DNA of 64,000 nucleotides from an uncultured Actinomycetota bacterium (GTDB taxonomy: Bacteria; Actinomycetota; Actinomycetes; Propionibacteriales; Nocardioidaceae), in NCBI GenBank assembly GCA_963795065.1, contig CAWCGI010000005.1, forward strand, positions 1,725,087 through 1,789,086, in the 5' to 3' direction. The notes beneath the pieces were generated by a model. The model had not been told where the DNA came from and made no database searches. It saw nothing but the letters and a program-made list of their open reading frames with translations. Positions within the stretch are counted from its first letter, which is position 1; each line of letters starts with the position of its first letter. A program made the translations under genes and the position numbers. Positions 30,785 through 40,777 of this stretch are shown here, piece by piece.

Positions 30785-33106
30785 ATGGCCGAGGACCGCG
30801 TGGTGACCGAGCCGGCTGCCGACCCAGCCACCGCTGACCCCGCAGCGCCCGAACGCGCTCCCACGCTGACCGGCCGTGGCGTCCGGGCACGCCTCGCCAG
30901 GATCGGCACCAGCAAGCAGATCGGCAACCCGGTCCTCGAGCCGCTGTTCCGCACCGTCCGGGCCAACCACCCCAAGGCCGACCTCGCCCTGCTCGAGCGG
31001 GCCTACGACATCGCGGAGAAGCAGCACCGCGGCCAGGTGCGCAAGAGCGGCGACCCCTACATCACCCATCCGCTCGCGGTGACGACGATCCTGGCCGACA
31101 TCGGCATGACGGAGCCCACGCTGGTGGCCGCCCTGCTTCACGACACCGTCGAGGACACGGCGTACACCCTGGACGAGCTGCGCAGAGACTTCGGCGACGA
31201 GGTGACGCTGCTGGTCGACGGCGTCACCAAGCTGGACAAGGTCAAGTACGGCGAGACGGCGCAGGCCGAGACGATCCGCAAGATGATCGTCGCGATGAGC
31301 AAGGACATCCGGGTCCTGGTCATCAAGCTCGCCGACCGGCTGCACAACATGCGCACCCTGCGCTACGTCAAGCAGGAGACCCAGGAGAGCAAGTCCCGGG
31401 AGACCCTGGAGATCTACGCGCCGCTGGCCCACCGGCTGGGCATGAACACCCTCAAGTGGGAGCTCGAGGACCTCGCGTTCGCCACGATGCACCCCAAGAT
31501 CTACGACGAGATCGTGCGACTCGTCGCCGAGCGGGCGCCCTCGCGGGACCAGTTCCTCGCCGAGGTGATCAACCAGGTCGAGGGCGACCTGCGCGCCGGC
31601 AGGATCAACGCCCGGGTGACCGGCCGACCGAAGCACTACTACTCGATCTACCAGAAGATGATCCACGGAGGCCGCGAGTTCACCGACATCTACGACCTCG
31701 TCGGCATCCGCATCCTGGTCGACAACGACCAGGACTGCTACGGCGTCCTCGGCGTGCTGCACAACCGGTGGAACCCGCTCCCGGGCCGGTTCAAGGACTA
31801 CGTCGCGATGCCGAAGTTCAACATGTACCAGTCCCTGCACACGACGGTGATCGGCCCGTCCGGCAAGCCCGTCGAGATGCAGATCCGCACCGTCGGCATG
31901 CACCGCCGGGCGGAGTACGGCGTCGCCGCCCACTGGAAGTACAAGGAGGACGTGCGCGCCGGCGTGGACACGGAGAAGTCCGCAGCCGACTCCGACATGC
32001 AGTGGCTGCGCCAGCTCCTGGACTGGCAGAACGAGGTCGACGACCCGGGCGAGTTCCTCGACTCGCTGCGGTTCGAGATCAACAGCGCCGAGGTCTTCGT
32101 CTTCACCCCGCGCGGCGACGTGATCGGCCTGCCCATCGGCTCGACTCCGGTGGACTTCGCCTACTCGATCCACACGGAGGTCGGCCACCACACGATCGGC
32201 GCCCGGGTGAACGGCCGGCTGGTGCCGCTGGAGTCCGAGCTCGAGCACGGCGACGTGGTCGAGGTGTTCACCTCCAAGTCGCCCAACGCCGGGCCGACCC
32301 GGGACTGGCTGACGTTCGTGAAGTCGCCGAGGGCTCGCAGCAAGATCCGCCACTGGTTCACCAAGGAGCGGCGCGAGGAGGCCATCGAGCAAGGCAAGGA
32401 GCAGATCGGCCGCCTGCTGCGCAAGGAGGGCCTCCCGCTCAAGCGGGTGATGACGCACGAGTCACTCACCCAGGTCGCCAACGAGCTCCGCGTGGCCGAC
32501 GTGACGGCGCTCTACGCGGCCGTCGGCGAGGGCAACCTCGGCGCCCAGACGGTCGTCCGCAAGGTGATCGAGGTCTCCGGCGGCAAGGACGGCGCGGCCG
32601 AGGACCTGGCCGAGGCCGTGACCATCACCCGGCCCCGCAGGCGTGGCCAGGCGGCGCACGACTCCGGTGTGGTGGTCAAGGGCGCCACCGACGTGCTCGT
32701 CAAGCTGGCCCGATGCTGCACCCCGGTGCCGGGCGACGAGATCCTCGGCTTCGTCACCAGGGGTGACGGCATCTCGGTGCATCGCCGCGACTGCACGAAC
32801 GCCACGCAGCTGCTGAGCCAGCCGGAGCGGCTCGCGGAGGTGGAGTGGGCGCCGAGCTCGCAGTCGACCTTCCTGGTGCAGATCATGGTGGAGGCCCTGG
32901 ACCGGGCCCGGCTGCTGTCCGACATCACGATGGTGCTCTCCGACCAGCACGTGAACATCCTCTCGGCCAGCCTGACGACCAACCGGGACCGGGTCGCGAA
33001 GAGCAGGTTCGCCTTCGAGATGGGCGATCCCAAGCACCTCGGCGCGATCCTCAAGGCCGTCCGTCAGGTCGACGGGGTCTTCGACGCCTACCGCGTCACC
33101 CAGTAA
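30785..33106 (+). CDS. relA: Bifunctional (p)ppGpp synthetase/hydrolase, RelA/SpoT homologue
   Basis: ATG 30785 follows ggagggaggg. HD domain [19 protein letters not shown]. Synthetase domain [20 protein letters not shown] domain [14 protein letters not shown] and a C-terminal ACT-like domain. Confidence 0.95.
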   Translation: MAEDRVVTEPAADPATADPAAPERAPTLTGRGVRARLARIGTSKQIGNPVLEPLFRTVRANHPKADLALLERAYDIAEKQHRGQVRKSGDPYITHPLAVTTILADIGMTEPTLVAALLHDTVEDTAYTLDELRRDFGDEVTLLVDGVTKLDKVKYGETAQAETIRKMIVAMSKDIRVLVIKLADRLHNMRTLRYVKQETQESKSRETLEIYAPLAHRLGMNTLKWELEDLAFATMHPKIYDEIVRLVAERAPSRDQFLAEVINQVEGDLRAGRINARVTGRPKHYYSIYQKMIHGGREFTDIYDLVGIRILVDNDQDCYGVLGVLHNRWNPLPGRFKDYVAMPKFNMYQSLHTTVIGPSGKPVEMQIRTVGMHRRAEYGVAAHWKYKEDVRAGVDTEKSAADSDMQWLRQLLDWQNEVDDPGEFLDSLRFEINSAEVFVFTPRGDVIGLPIGSTPVDFAYSIHTEVGHHTIGARVNGRLVPLESELEHGDVVEVFTSKSPNAGPTRDWLTFVKSPRARSKIRHWFTKERREEAIEQGKEQIGRLLRKEGLPLKRVMTHESLTQVANELRVADVTALYAAVGEGNLGAQTVVRKVIEVSGGKDGAAEDLAEAVTITRPRRRGQAAHDSGVVVKGATDVLVKLARCCTPVPGDEILGFVTRGDGISVHRRDCTNATQLLSQPERLAEVEWAPSSQSTFLVQIMVEALDRARLLSDITMVLSDQHVNILSASLTTNRDRVAKSRFAFEMGDPKHLGAILKAVRQVDGVFDAYRVTQ

Positions 33107-33116
33107 CCCCGCCGAC

Positions 33117-33314
33117 CGGTCACTCGGGGTTGCTGGGGGTGCGCCGAGCGGTCAGTCGGGGTTGGTGGGGGTGCGTCGAGCGGTCAGTCGATGGCGCGGG
33201 CATTGACCGGTGGGCGTCGTACGACCGGCGGGCATTGACCGGTGGGCGTCGTACGGCCGGCGGGGACTGACCGGTGGGCGTCGTACGACCGGCGGGGACT
33301 GACCGGTCGGCGGG
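33117..33314. repeat. Tandem array of 32-bp repeats in two sub-families (about 2.3 and 3.5 copies) between convergent relA and the DUF349 gene
   Basis: Sub-family A copies at 33117-48, 33149-80 and partial 33181-90 (cggtcaStcggggttgStgggggtgcgYcgag). Sub-family B copies at 33201-32, 33233-64, 33265-96 and partial 33297-314 (SaYtgaccggtgggcgtcgtacgRccggcggg). The copies are contiguous, with no spacers. Confidence 0.85.
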
Positions 33315-34655
33315 CTAGCTGAACTCGGAGGCTGCCTTCGAAGCCATCTCCAGGAACGCCTGGCGCGAGGCGAGGTTCTCCTCGAGCTCCTTGACCTGCT
33401 TCTCGTTCCCGGCGGCGCGGGCCTTCTCGAGGTCGGCCTCGATCCCGGCGATGGCGCGCTCGAGCTGGCCGAGCATGTCCCCCGCGCGGGCGGACTTCTC
33501 GGGGTCGCTGCGCTTCCACTTGTCGTCCTCGACCGAGCGGATGGCGGTCTCGACCTTGCGGATCCGGGCCTCGAGCGGCTTGATGTCGTCGCGGGGGACC
33601 TTGCCGGCGGCGTCCCAGCGCTCGCTGATGTCGCGGAAGGCACGCTTGGCCGCGTCGAGATCGGTGACGGGCACCAGGGCCTCGGCCTCGACGAGGAGCG
33701 CACGCTTCGTCTCGGCGTTGGCCGCGAACTCCTTGTCCTGCTCCGCGTTGGCCGCGTCACGGGCTCCGAAGAACGTGTCCTGGGCCGCGCGGAAGCGCTG
33801 CCAGAGATCCTCCTCGACCTCGCGCGGAGCAGCGCCGGCGTTCTTCCAGTCCTGCATCAGGCTCCGGAACCTGGTCGAGGTCGGACCCCAGTCGGTGGAG
33901 TCGCTGAGCGCCTCGGCCTCCTTGAGCAGCTTCTGCTTGACCACCCGGGCGCCCTCGCGCGACTCGTTGAGCTCGGCGAAGTGCGCCTTCCGGCGACGGG
34001 TGTACGCCGTACGAGCTCCGGAGAAGCGGTGCCACAGCTCGTCGTCGCTCTTCTTGTCCAGCCGGGGGAGTGCCTTCCACTCCTCGAGCAGGTCGCGCAG
34101 TCGGTTGACCCCGTTGCGCCAGTCCTTGCCGAGGGAGATCTTCTCGGCCTCGCCGACGATCGCCTCCTTGCGGGCGCGCGACTCCTCGAGCCGGAGAGCT
34201 CGCTCCTCGCGGCGCTTGCTGCGCTGGAGCCCGAGCAGTGGTCGCAGGGCATCGAGGCGGGCAGTGAGCCCCACGATGTCGCCGACGGCGTTGGCCTCCG
34301 CGACCTGGGTGGCGACCCGCTTGATCGACTCGGTGGCCTCGTCGGGCGACAGCGCCTCGGCCCGGACCCGCTGCTCGAGCAGCTGCACCTCGAACTCGAG
34401 CGCGTCGAAACGCCGGGTGAAGAAGGCGAGTGCCTCCTCCGGGGTGCCCTCCGGGTACTGGCCGACCACCCGTTCGCCGTCGGCCGTGCGCAGGTAGACG
34501 GTTCCGTCGTCCTCGACTCGTCCCCAGTCGCTGGCGGGGGGCCCGGAAGGGGCCGCTGGGGGCCGGGGCGGAGGTGCCGACGGACGGGGCGGCGGCCCAG
34601 GTTTCCCGGGGTGGCTCTGCTGACCCTCGACGGGGGAGTTGCCCTGCGCGGTCAC
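33315..34655 (-). CDS. DUF349 domain-containing protein
   Basis: Pro-rich N-terminus followed by repeated about 75-aa helical units with the recurring W..K/R...E..LW.RF..A...F pattern typical of DUF349. Confidence 0.85.
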   Translation of the reverse strand: MTAQGNSPVEGQQSHPGKPGPPPRPSAPPPRPPAAPSGPPASDWGRVEDDGTVYLRTADGERVVGQYPEGTPEEALAFFTRRFDALEFEVQLLEQRVRAEALSPDEATESIKRVATQVAEANAVGDIVGLTARLDALRPLLGLQRSKRREERALRLEESRARKEAIVGEAEKISLGKDWRNGVNRLRDLLEEWKALPRLDKKSDDELWHRFSGARTAYTRRRKAHFAELNESREGARVVKQKLLKEAEALSDSTDWGPTSTRFRSLMQDWKNAGAAPREVEEDLWQRFRAAQDTFFGARDAANAEQDKEFAANAETKRALLVEAEALVPVTDLDAAKRAFRDISERWDAAGKVPRDDIKPLEARIRKVETAIRSVEDDKWKRSDPEKSARAGDMLGQLERAIAGIEADLEKARAAGNEKQVKELEENLASRQAFLEMASKAASEFS

Positions 34656-34795
34656 GTTGCTACACCTGCTTCTGCGTCGTGGATGGTGCGGTTCAGCGTG
34701 GCCTCATCGTACGCATGCTGAGGTGGTCATCCGCGGCCAGTAGGCTGGGCCGGAGCCCAATCCAGACCCCCAACCCCGAAGCAGGAGACGTCAAG

Positions 34796-35512
34796 GTGCT
34801 GATCGCAGGCTTCCCGGCCGGACCGTGGGGCACCAACTGCTACATCGCGGCGACCGGTCCGGGCACCGAGTGCGTGGTCATCGACCCCGGCAAGGACGCC
34901 ACCCAGGGTGTCGAGCAGGCCGTGCGCGAGCACCACCTGAAGCCGGTCGCCGTCCTGGTGACGCACGGCCACGTCGACCACATGTGGTGCGTGGCGCCTG
35001 TGGCCGGCACCTACGACGCCACCGCCTGGATCCACCCGCGCGACCGGCACCTGCTCGCGAACCCGATGGCGGGCATGTCCGCGGAGACGACCGCCATGCT
35101 GCTCGGCGGGAAGTACGAGTTCGCCGAGCCGGACCGGGTCGAGGAGCTCAGCGACGCGCAGAGCCTCGAGCTGGCGGGTCTGACCTTCGTGGTCGACCAC
35201 ACTCCCGGGCACACCGAGGGCTCGGTGACCTTCCGGACGCCGTACGACCAGGCGGACGTGTCCGAGCTGATGTTCTCCGGCGACCTGCTCTTCGCCGGCT
35301 CGATCGGCCGCACCGACCTGCCCGGAGGCGACCACCCGACGATGCTGCGCAGCCTGCGCGAGAAGGTCCTCACCCTGCCCGACGACATCGTCGTCCTGCC
35401 CGGCCACGGTGAGCAGACCAGCATCGCGCGGGAGCGTGCGACCAACCCCTTCCTGCTCGACCTGGTCGAGGACCAGAGCGGCCACACCAGCCCGGTCACG
35501 CGAGGTCTGTGA
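34796..35512 (+). CDS. MBL-fold metallo-hydrolase (glyoxalase II-like)
   Basis: GTG 34796 follows aggaga. Metal-binding motif VTHGHVDHM, plus later HTPGHTEGS and LPGHG. Confidence 0.85.
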   Translation: MLIAGFPAGPWGTNCYIAATGPGTECVVIDPGKDATQGVEQAVREHHLKPVAVLVTHGHVDHMWCVAPVAGTYDATAWIHPRDRHLLANPMAGMSAETTAMLLGGKYEFAEPDRVEELSDAQSLELAGLTFVVDHTPGHTEGSVTFRTPYDQADVSELMFSGDLLFAGSIGRTDLPGGDHPTMLRSLREKVLTLPDDIVVLPGHGEQTSIARERATNPFLLDLVEDQSGHTSPVTRGL

Positions 35513-35513
35513 G

Positions 35514-36890
35514 ATGAGCCGACCCACCCCGCTCAGCGGGTTTCCCGAGCTGCTGCCCGCCCAGCGCTACGTCGAGCAGCAGGTGCTCGCCCGGCTGGCG
35601 GCCACCTTCGAGCTGCACGGGTTCGCCAACGTCGAGACCCGCGCGGTCGAGCCCCTCGACCAGCTGCTGCGCAAGGGGGAGACCTCCAAGGAGGTCTACG
35701 TGCTGCGTCGGATCCACGACGAGGACGGCGACGCCGGTCTCACCGGGTCCTCCCTGGGGCTGCACTTCGACCTGACCGTGCCGTTCGCCCGCTACGTGCT
35801 CGAGAACGCCGGCCAGCTGGAGTTCCCGTTCCGGCGCTACCAGATCCAGAAGGTGTGGCGGGGCGAGCGGCCGCAGGAGGGTCGCTTCCGCGAGTTCACC
35901 CAGGCCGACATCGACGTGATCGGACGAGACACCCTCGCGTTCCACCACGACGTCGAGGTGGCTCGGGTGATGGTCGATGCGCTCGGCGGCCTCGCCGACC
36001 CTCGGTCGATCGGCCTGCCCGGTTTCCGGCTCCAGGTGAACAACCGCAAGCTGATCCAGGGCTTCTACTCCGGGCTGGGCCTCACCGACACCGACGCGGT
36101 CATGCGTGCCGTCGACAAGCTCGACAAGCTCTCCGAGGATCGCGTGGCGGCACTCCTCGTGGACGACGTCGGACTGACCCGCGAGCAGGCCGACCAATGT
36201 CTCGCCCTGGCCAGGATCAGCACCACCGACGGCTCCTTCGTCGAGCAGGTGCGTGCCCTCGGCGTACGCCACGAGCTGCTGGACGAGGGCCTGGCCGAGC
36301 TCGCGGCCGTGATCGAGGGGTGCGCCGCACTGGTGACCGACCGGGTCCGGGTCGTCGCCGACCTCAAGATCGCCCGCGGGCTGGACTACTACACCGGCAC
36401 CGTGTTCGAGACCCGGCTGGACGGCTACGAGAGCCTGGGCTCGATCTGCTCGGGAGGACGCTACGACACGCTCGCCAGCGACGGGCGTACGACGTACCCC
36501 GGCGTCGGCATCTCCCTGGGGGTGAGCCGGCTGCTGGTGCCACTCCTCGCCAAGGGCGTGGTCGAGGCCGACCGGTCCGTGCCCAGCGCGGTGCTCGTGG
36601 CGGTGGTCGGTGAGGAGAGCCGACCCGAGAGCGACGCCCTCGCCGACCAGCTGCGCCACCACGGCATCCCCTGCGAGGTGTCGCCGTCCGCAGCGAAGTT
36701 CGGCAAGCAGATCCGGCACGCCGAGCGGCGTGGCATCCCCTACGTCCTCTTCCCCGGTGGCCCCGACGGTGTCCCCGAGGTCAAGGACATCCGCAGCGGC
36801 GAGCAGACCGCGGTGGACCTCACCACGTGGGCGCCCCCGGTCGAGGACCTGCGCCCGCGCGTCCGTAGCAACCAACAGGAGCAACCGTGA
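35514..36890 (+). CDS. hisS: Histidine--tRNA ligase
   Basis: Class II motifs are present, including [36 protein letters not shown] and a C-terminal anticodon-binding domain. Confidence 0.92.
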   Translation: MSRPTPLSGFPELLPAQRYVEQQVLARLAATFELHGFANVETRAVEPLDQLLRKGETSKEVYVLRRIHDEDGDAGLTGSSLGLHFDLTVPFARYVLENAGQLEFPFRRYQIQKVWRGERPQEGRFREFTQADIDVIGRDTLAFHHDVEVARVMVDALGGLADPRSIGLPGFRLQVNNRKLIQGFYSGLGLTDTDAVMRAVDKLDKLSEDRVAALLVDDVGLTREQADQCLALARISTTDGSFVEQVRALGVRHELLDEGLAELAAVIEGCAALVTDRVRVVADLKIARGLDYYTGTVFETRLDGYESLGSICSGGRYDTLASDGRTTYPGVGISLGVSRLLVPLLAKGVVEADRSVPSAVLVAVVGEESRPESDALADQLRHHGIPCEVSPSAAKFGKQIRHAERRGIPYVLFPGGPDGVPEVKDIRSGEQTAVDLTTWAPPVEDLRPRVRSNQQEQP

Positions 36891-38686
36891 TCCGCACCCA
36901 CGACGCCGGCAGCCTGCGGCCGGCCCACGTCGACACCGAAGTCACCCTCGCCGGCTGGGTCGCGCGTCGTCGCGACCACGGTGGAGTGGCCTTCATCGAC
37001 CTGCGCGAGGCGAGCGGCCTCGTGCAGGTCGTCATCCGCGACGAGGCCGTCGCCCACCACCTGCGCAGCGAGTACTGCCTGAAGGTCACCGGCACCGTGA
37101 GCGTGCGCCCCGAGGGCAACCAGAACCCCAACCTGCCCACCGGTGAGATCGAGGTGATCGCCACCGAGGTGGAGGTGCTCAGCGCGGCTGCGCCGCTGCC
37201 GTTCCCGATCGACGACGCTGCGTCATTCGGTAGCGGGTCGGTCGGCGAGGAGGCGCGGCTGCGCCACCGCTACCTCGACCTTCGTCGCACCGGCCCCAAC
37301 GCTGCCCTCCGGCTGCGCAGCAAGGTCAACAAGGCGGCGCGTGAGGTGCTGGACACGCACGACTTCGTGGAGATCGAGACCCCGACCCTCACCCGCTCGA
37401 CGCCCGAGGGAGCGCGCGACTTCCTGGTCCCGGCGCGCCTCCAGCCCGGCAGCTGGTACGCCCTGCCGCAGAGCCCACAGCTGTTCAAGCAGCTGCTGAT
37501 GGTTGCTGGGATGGAGCGCTACTACCAGATCGCGCGCTGCTACCGGGACGAGGACTTCCGGGCCGACCGCCAGCCGGAGTTCACCCAGCTCGACATCGAG
37601 ATGAGCTTCGTCGAGCAGGACGACGTGATCGCGCTGACCGAGGAGATCCTGGCGGCTCTCTGGAGCCTGATCGGGTACGACGTGCCCCGGCCGATCCCGC
37701 GGCTGACCTACGCAGAGGCGATGAGGCGGTTCGGCTCCGACAAGCCCGACCTGCGGATGGGGCTCGAGCTGGTCGAGTGCGCCGAGTTCTTCAAGGACAC
37801 GCCGTTCCGCGTCTTCCAGTCCGAGTACGTCGGGGCGGTGGTGATGCCAGGAGGCGCCAGCCAGCCGCGCAAGCAGCTCGACGCCTGGCAGGAGTGGGCC
37901 AAGCAGCGCGGTGCACGGGGGCTGGCCTACCTCCTGGTCAAGGAGGACGGCGAGCTGACCGGTCCGGTGGCCAAGAACATCAGCGAGGAGGAGAGGGCCG
38001 GCATCGCCACGCACGTGGGTGCCAACCCCGGCGACTGCATCTTCTTCGCGGCCGGGCCCGTCAAGAGCAGCCGGGCGCTCCTGGGTGCCGCACGGCTCGA
38101 GATCGGACGCCGAGGCGGACTCGTCGACGAGTCCGCCTGGAGCTTCGTCTGGGTCGTCGACGCCCCGCTGTTCGAGCCCGCCGCAGAGGCCACCGCCGCC
38201 GGTGACGTCGCGGTCGGTGGGGGAGCCTGGACGGCTGTCCACCACGCCTTCACCAGCCCCAAGGACCTCGACGGCTTCGACCAGGACCCCGCCAACGCGC
38301 TGGCCTGGGCCTACGACATCGTCTGCAACGGGAACGAGATCGGCGGTGGCTCGATCCGGATCCACCGAAGTGACGTGCAGAAGCGTGTCTTCGCCCTGAT
38401 GGGTCTCGACGACACCGCCGCTCAGGAGAAGTTCGGGTTCCTGCTCGACGCGTTCGCGTTCGGCGCCCCGCCGCACGGTGGGATCGCCTTCGGCTGGGAC
38501 CGGATCTGCGCGCTGTTGAGCGGTGCGGACTCGATCCGCGAGGTGATCGCCTTCCCGAAGAGCGGTGGTGGCTACGACCCGCTCACCGGCGCCCCGGCTC
38601 CGATCGCGGCGGAGCAGCGCAAGGAAGCCGGGGTCGACGCGCGCCCCGAAGCCCCGGGCAGCCCGGTCGGGGCGACGAACGAATAG
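36887..38686 (+). CDS. aspS: Aspartate--tRNA ligase
   Basis: N-terminal OB fold, [37 protein letters not shown] and [12 protein letters not shown]. The GTG overlaps the hisS stop. Confidence 0.95.
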   Translation: MIRTHDAGSLRPAHVDTEVTLAGWVARRRDHGGVAFIDLREASGLVQVVIRDEAVAHHLRSEYCLKVTGTVSVRPEGNQNPNLPTGEIEVIATEVEVLSAAAPLPFPIDDAASFGSGSVGEEARLRHRYLDLRRTGPNAALRLRSKVNKAAREVLDTHDFVEIETPTLTRSTPEGARDFLVPARLQPGSWYALPQSPQLFKQLLMVAGMERYYQIARCYRDEDFRADRQPEFTQLDIEMSFVEQDDVIALTEEILAALWSLIGYDVPRPIPRLTYAEAMRRFGSDKPDLRMGLELVECAEFFKDTPFRVFQSEYVGAVVMPGGASQPRKQLDAWQEWAKQRGARGLAYLLVKEDGELTGPVAKNISEEERAGIATHVGANPGDCIFFAAGPVKSSRALLGAARLEIGRRGGLVDESAWSFVWVVDAPLFEPAAEATAAGDVAVGGGAWTAVHHAFTSPKDLDGFDQDPANALAWAYDIVCNGNEIGGGSIRIHRSDVQKRVFALMGLDDTAAQEKFGFLLDAFAFGAPPHGGIAFGWDRICALLSGADSIREVIAFPKSGGGYDPLTGAPAPIAAEQRKEAGVDARPEAPGSPVGATNE

Positions 38687-38837
38687 TCGCGCTCTGGTAA
38701 CAATCACGCCTACATCGCGCGGAACGCTTAACCCGCACCACCCGATGTGCCTAGGGTCACGTAGTTCAGTCGGGTCCCTGACTGGTAGTCCTGCTGGTCC
38801 CGTCCACTGGTGACGGGCCACACCGAGGAGGAATTAC

Positions 38838-40661
38838 GTGAGAAGCAAGCGAATGTTTGCCGTGGGGGCGGTGATCGCCGCAGTGAGCCTGGCGGTGACG
38901 GCCTGCGGTGCCACCCCTGATGCCGAGGACGAGGGCAGCAGCAGCGAGAAGACCTCGCTGAACCTCGGCTGGAACCAGCCGTTCTACTCCTATAACGATC
39001 AGACCTCGAACGGCAACGCGACCGCGAACGCCATCGTCAAGTACTTGATGCACGGGCAGTTCTGGTACGTCAACGCCGAGGGTGAGCTGGAGGCAGACAC
39101 CTCTTACGGGACCTACGAGAAGACCAGTGACGACCCGCTGACCGTCAAGTACACGGTCGGCGACGACACCAAGTGGTCCGACGGCACCCCGGTCGACGCA
39201 GCGGACCTGCTGCTGGTCTGGGCGGCCCAGAGCGGCAACGTGAACACCATCGACGCCGACAAGGTCAAGCGCGACGACGCGACTGGTCTGCCCCAGAACA
39301 CCAAGGGCAAGGTCTACTTCGACAGCTCCTCGGCCGGCCTGAGCCTGGTCAAGGAGACCCCGGAGATCAGCGAGGACGGCAAGTCCCTGACCCTCGTCTA
39401 CACCAAGCCGTACGCCGACTGGCAGTACGACATCGAGGTCAAGACTGCGGCGCACGTCACCGCCGAGAAGGCTCTGGGCGTCAGTGACCCGCAGGAGGCC
39501 AAGGACGCGCTGGTCAAGGCGATCCAGGACGAGGACGCGGCAGCACTCGAGAAGATCTCGGCCTTCTGGAACACCGGCTACGACTACACCTCGATGCCCG
39601 ATGATGGCGACCTCGCACTGTCGAGCGGCGCCTACCTCATGAAGAAGTTCGAAGAGAACCAGTTCATGACCCTGGAGAAGAACCCCGACTTCAAGGGTGA
39701 GCGCGACGCGGCCATCGACACCTTGACGGTGCGTTGGAACGAGGACCCGCTGGCCCAGGTCCAGGCACTCGAGAACGGCGAGCTCGACATGTTCTCCCCG
39801 CAGGTGACCACGGACGTGGTCGACGCGGCGAAGAAGATCGAAGACGCCGAGATCGAGGCCGGAGTCGAGGGCACCTACGAGCACTTCGACATGGTGCTGA
39901 ACAACAAGGGTCCGTTCGACCCCGCCTCCTACGGTGGGGACGAGAAGAAGGCACTGTTGGTGCGCCAGGCGTTCCTGCACGGCATCCCGCGCCAGGAGGT
40001 CATCGACAAGCTGATCAAGCCGATCAACCCCGAGGCCGAGGTGCGCAACTCGTTCGTCAAGACCGCGGGCACTCCCGGCTACGACGAGATCGTCGCGCAG
40101 AACGGCTCCTCGGAGTACGCCGAGGTCGACCCGGCCCTGTCCAACAAGCTGCTCAAGCAGGCCGGCATCACCAAGCCGATCGACGTGCGCGTGATGTACG
40201 CCAAGGGCAACGTCCGGCGCGAGAACGAGTTCCAGCTCTACAAGCCGGCGCTCGCGAAGGCCGGGTTCAACCTGATCGACAAGGGGAACCCGGACTGGGG
40301 CGCCAAGCTGGGTGACGGCACCTACGACGCCGTCTTCTTCGGTTGGCAGTCGACCACCCCGGCGGTGAGCTCGGACCGTGAGATCTTCGCGACCGGAGGC
40401 CTGAACAACCTGATCGGCTACTCGAACAAGGAGGTCGACGCACTGTTCGACGAGCTGGTCGTCACCGCCGACCAGGCCGAGCAGGTCAGGCTCCAGACCG
40501 AGATCGAGAAGATCCTGTTCGAGGACGCTGTGGGGATCACCATCTTCCAGTTCCCCTCGGCCAACATCTCCAACAGCACGCGTGTGACGGGACTCGAGCC
40601 GGCGATCCTCTCGCCGACGATGTTCTACGGGTACTGGAACTGGGAGGTTCCGAAGAACTGA
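38838..40661 (+). CDS. ABC transporter substrate-binding lipoprotein (peptide/nickel, family 5)
   Basis: Signal peptide plus lipobox (VSLAVTACG). Family-5 SBP size and composition. gaggagg SD lies upstream of the GTG. Confidence 0.9.
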   Translation: MRSKRMFAVGAVIAAVSLAVTACGATPDAEDEGSSSEKTSLNLGWNQPFYSYNDQTSNGNATANAIVKYLMHGQFWYVNAEGELEADTSYGTYEKTSDDPLTVKYTVGDDTKWSDGTPVDAADLLLVWAAQSGNVNTIDADKVKRDDATGLPQNTKGKVYFDSSSAGLSLVKETPEISEDGKSLTLVYTKPYADWQYDIEVKTAAHVTAEKALGVSDPQEAKDALVKAIQDEDAAALEKISAFWNTGYDYTSMPDDGDLALSSGAYLMKKFEENQFMTLEKNPDFKGERDAAIDTLTVRWNEDPLAQVQALENGELDMFSPQVTTDVVDAAKKIEDAEIEAGVEGTYEHFDMVLNNKGPFDPASYGGDEKKALLVRQAFLHGIPRQEVIDKLIKPINPEAEVRNSFVKTAGTPGYDEIVAQNGSSEYAEVDPALSNKLLKQAGITKPIDVRVMYAKGNVRRENEFQLYKPALAKAGFNLIDKGNPDWGAKLGDGTYDAVFFGWQSTTPAVSSDREIFATGGLNNLIGYSNKEVDALFDELVVTADQAEQVRLQTEIEKILFEDAVGITIFQFPSANISNSTRVTGLEPAILSPTMFYGYWNWEVPKN

Positions 40662-40777
40662 CCCGGAAGCTGCACATCTTCTCCTAGCACCTGCGTGGTG
40701 GGTACTGTCGCTTGTCGGCGGTGCCCACCACGTGGTCCGTCTGTACACCGTCTTCCCAGACAGGTCAGGTCTTCGCT

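Noticed and set aside
30077-33106. 1009-aa ORF that looks like an Apt-RelA fusion protein
   Set aside because: It is an artefact of two frameshifts in apt that leave the original frame open. The linking 300 nt translate to Arg-rich nonsense, and relA has its own SD and ATG at 30785.
33117-33314. Possible CRISPR array (regular 32-bp period)
   Set aside because: The repeats are directly contiguous with no unique spacers. No cas genes or leader are nearby. The two sub-families are diverged copies of one minisatellite unit.
38766-40748. 660-aa minus-strand ORF
   Set aside because: It is antisense to the ABC substrate-binding protein gene. The translation is Val/Asp/Leu/Gly/Arg-rich mirror sequence without motifs.
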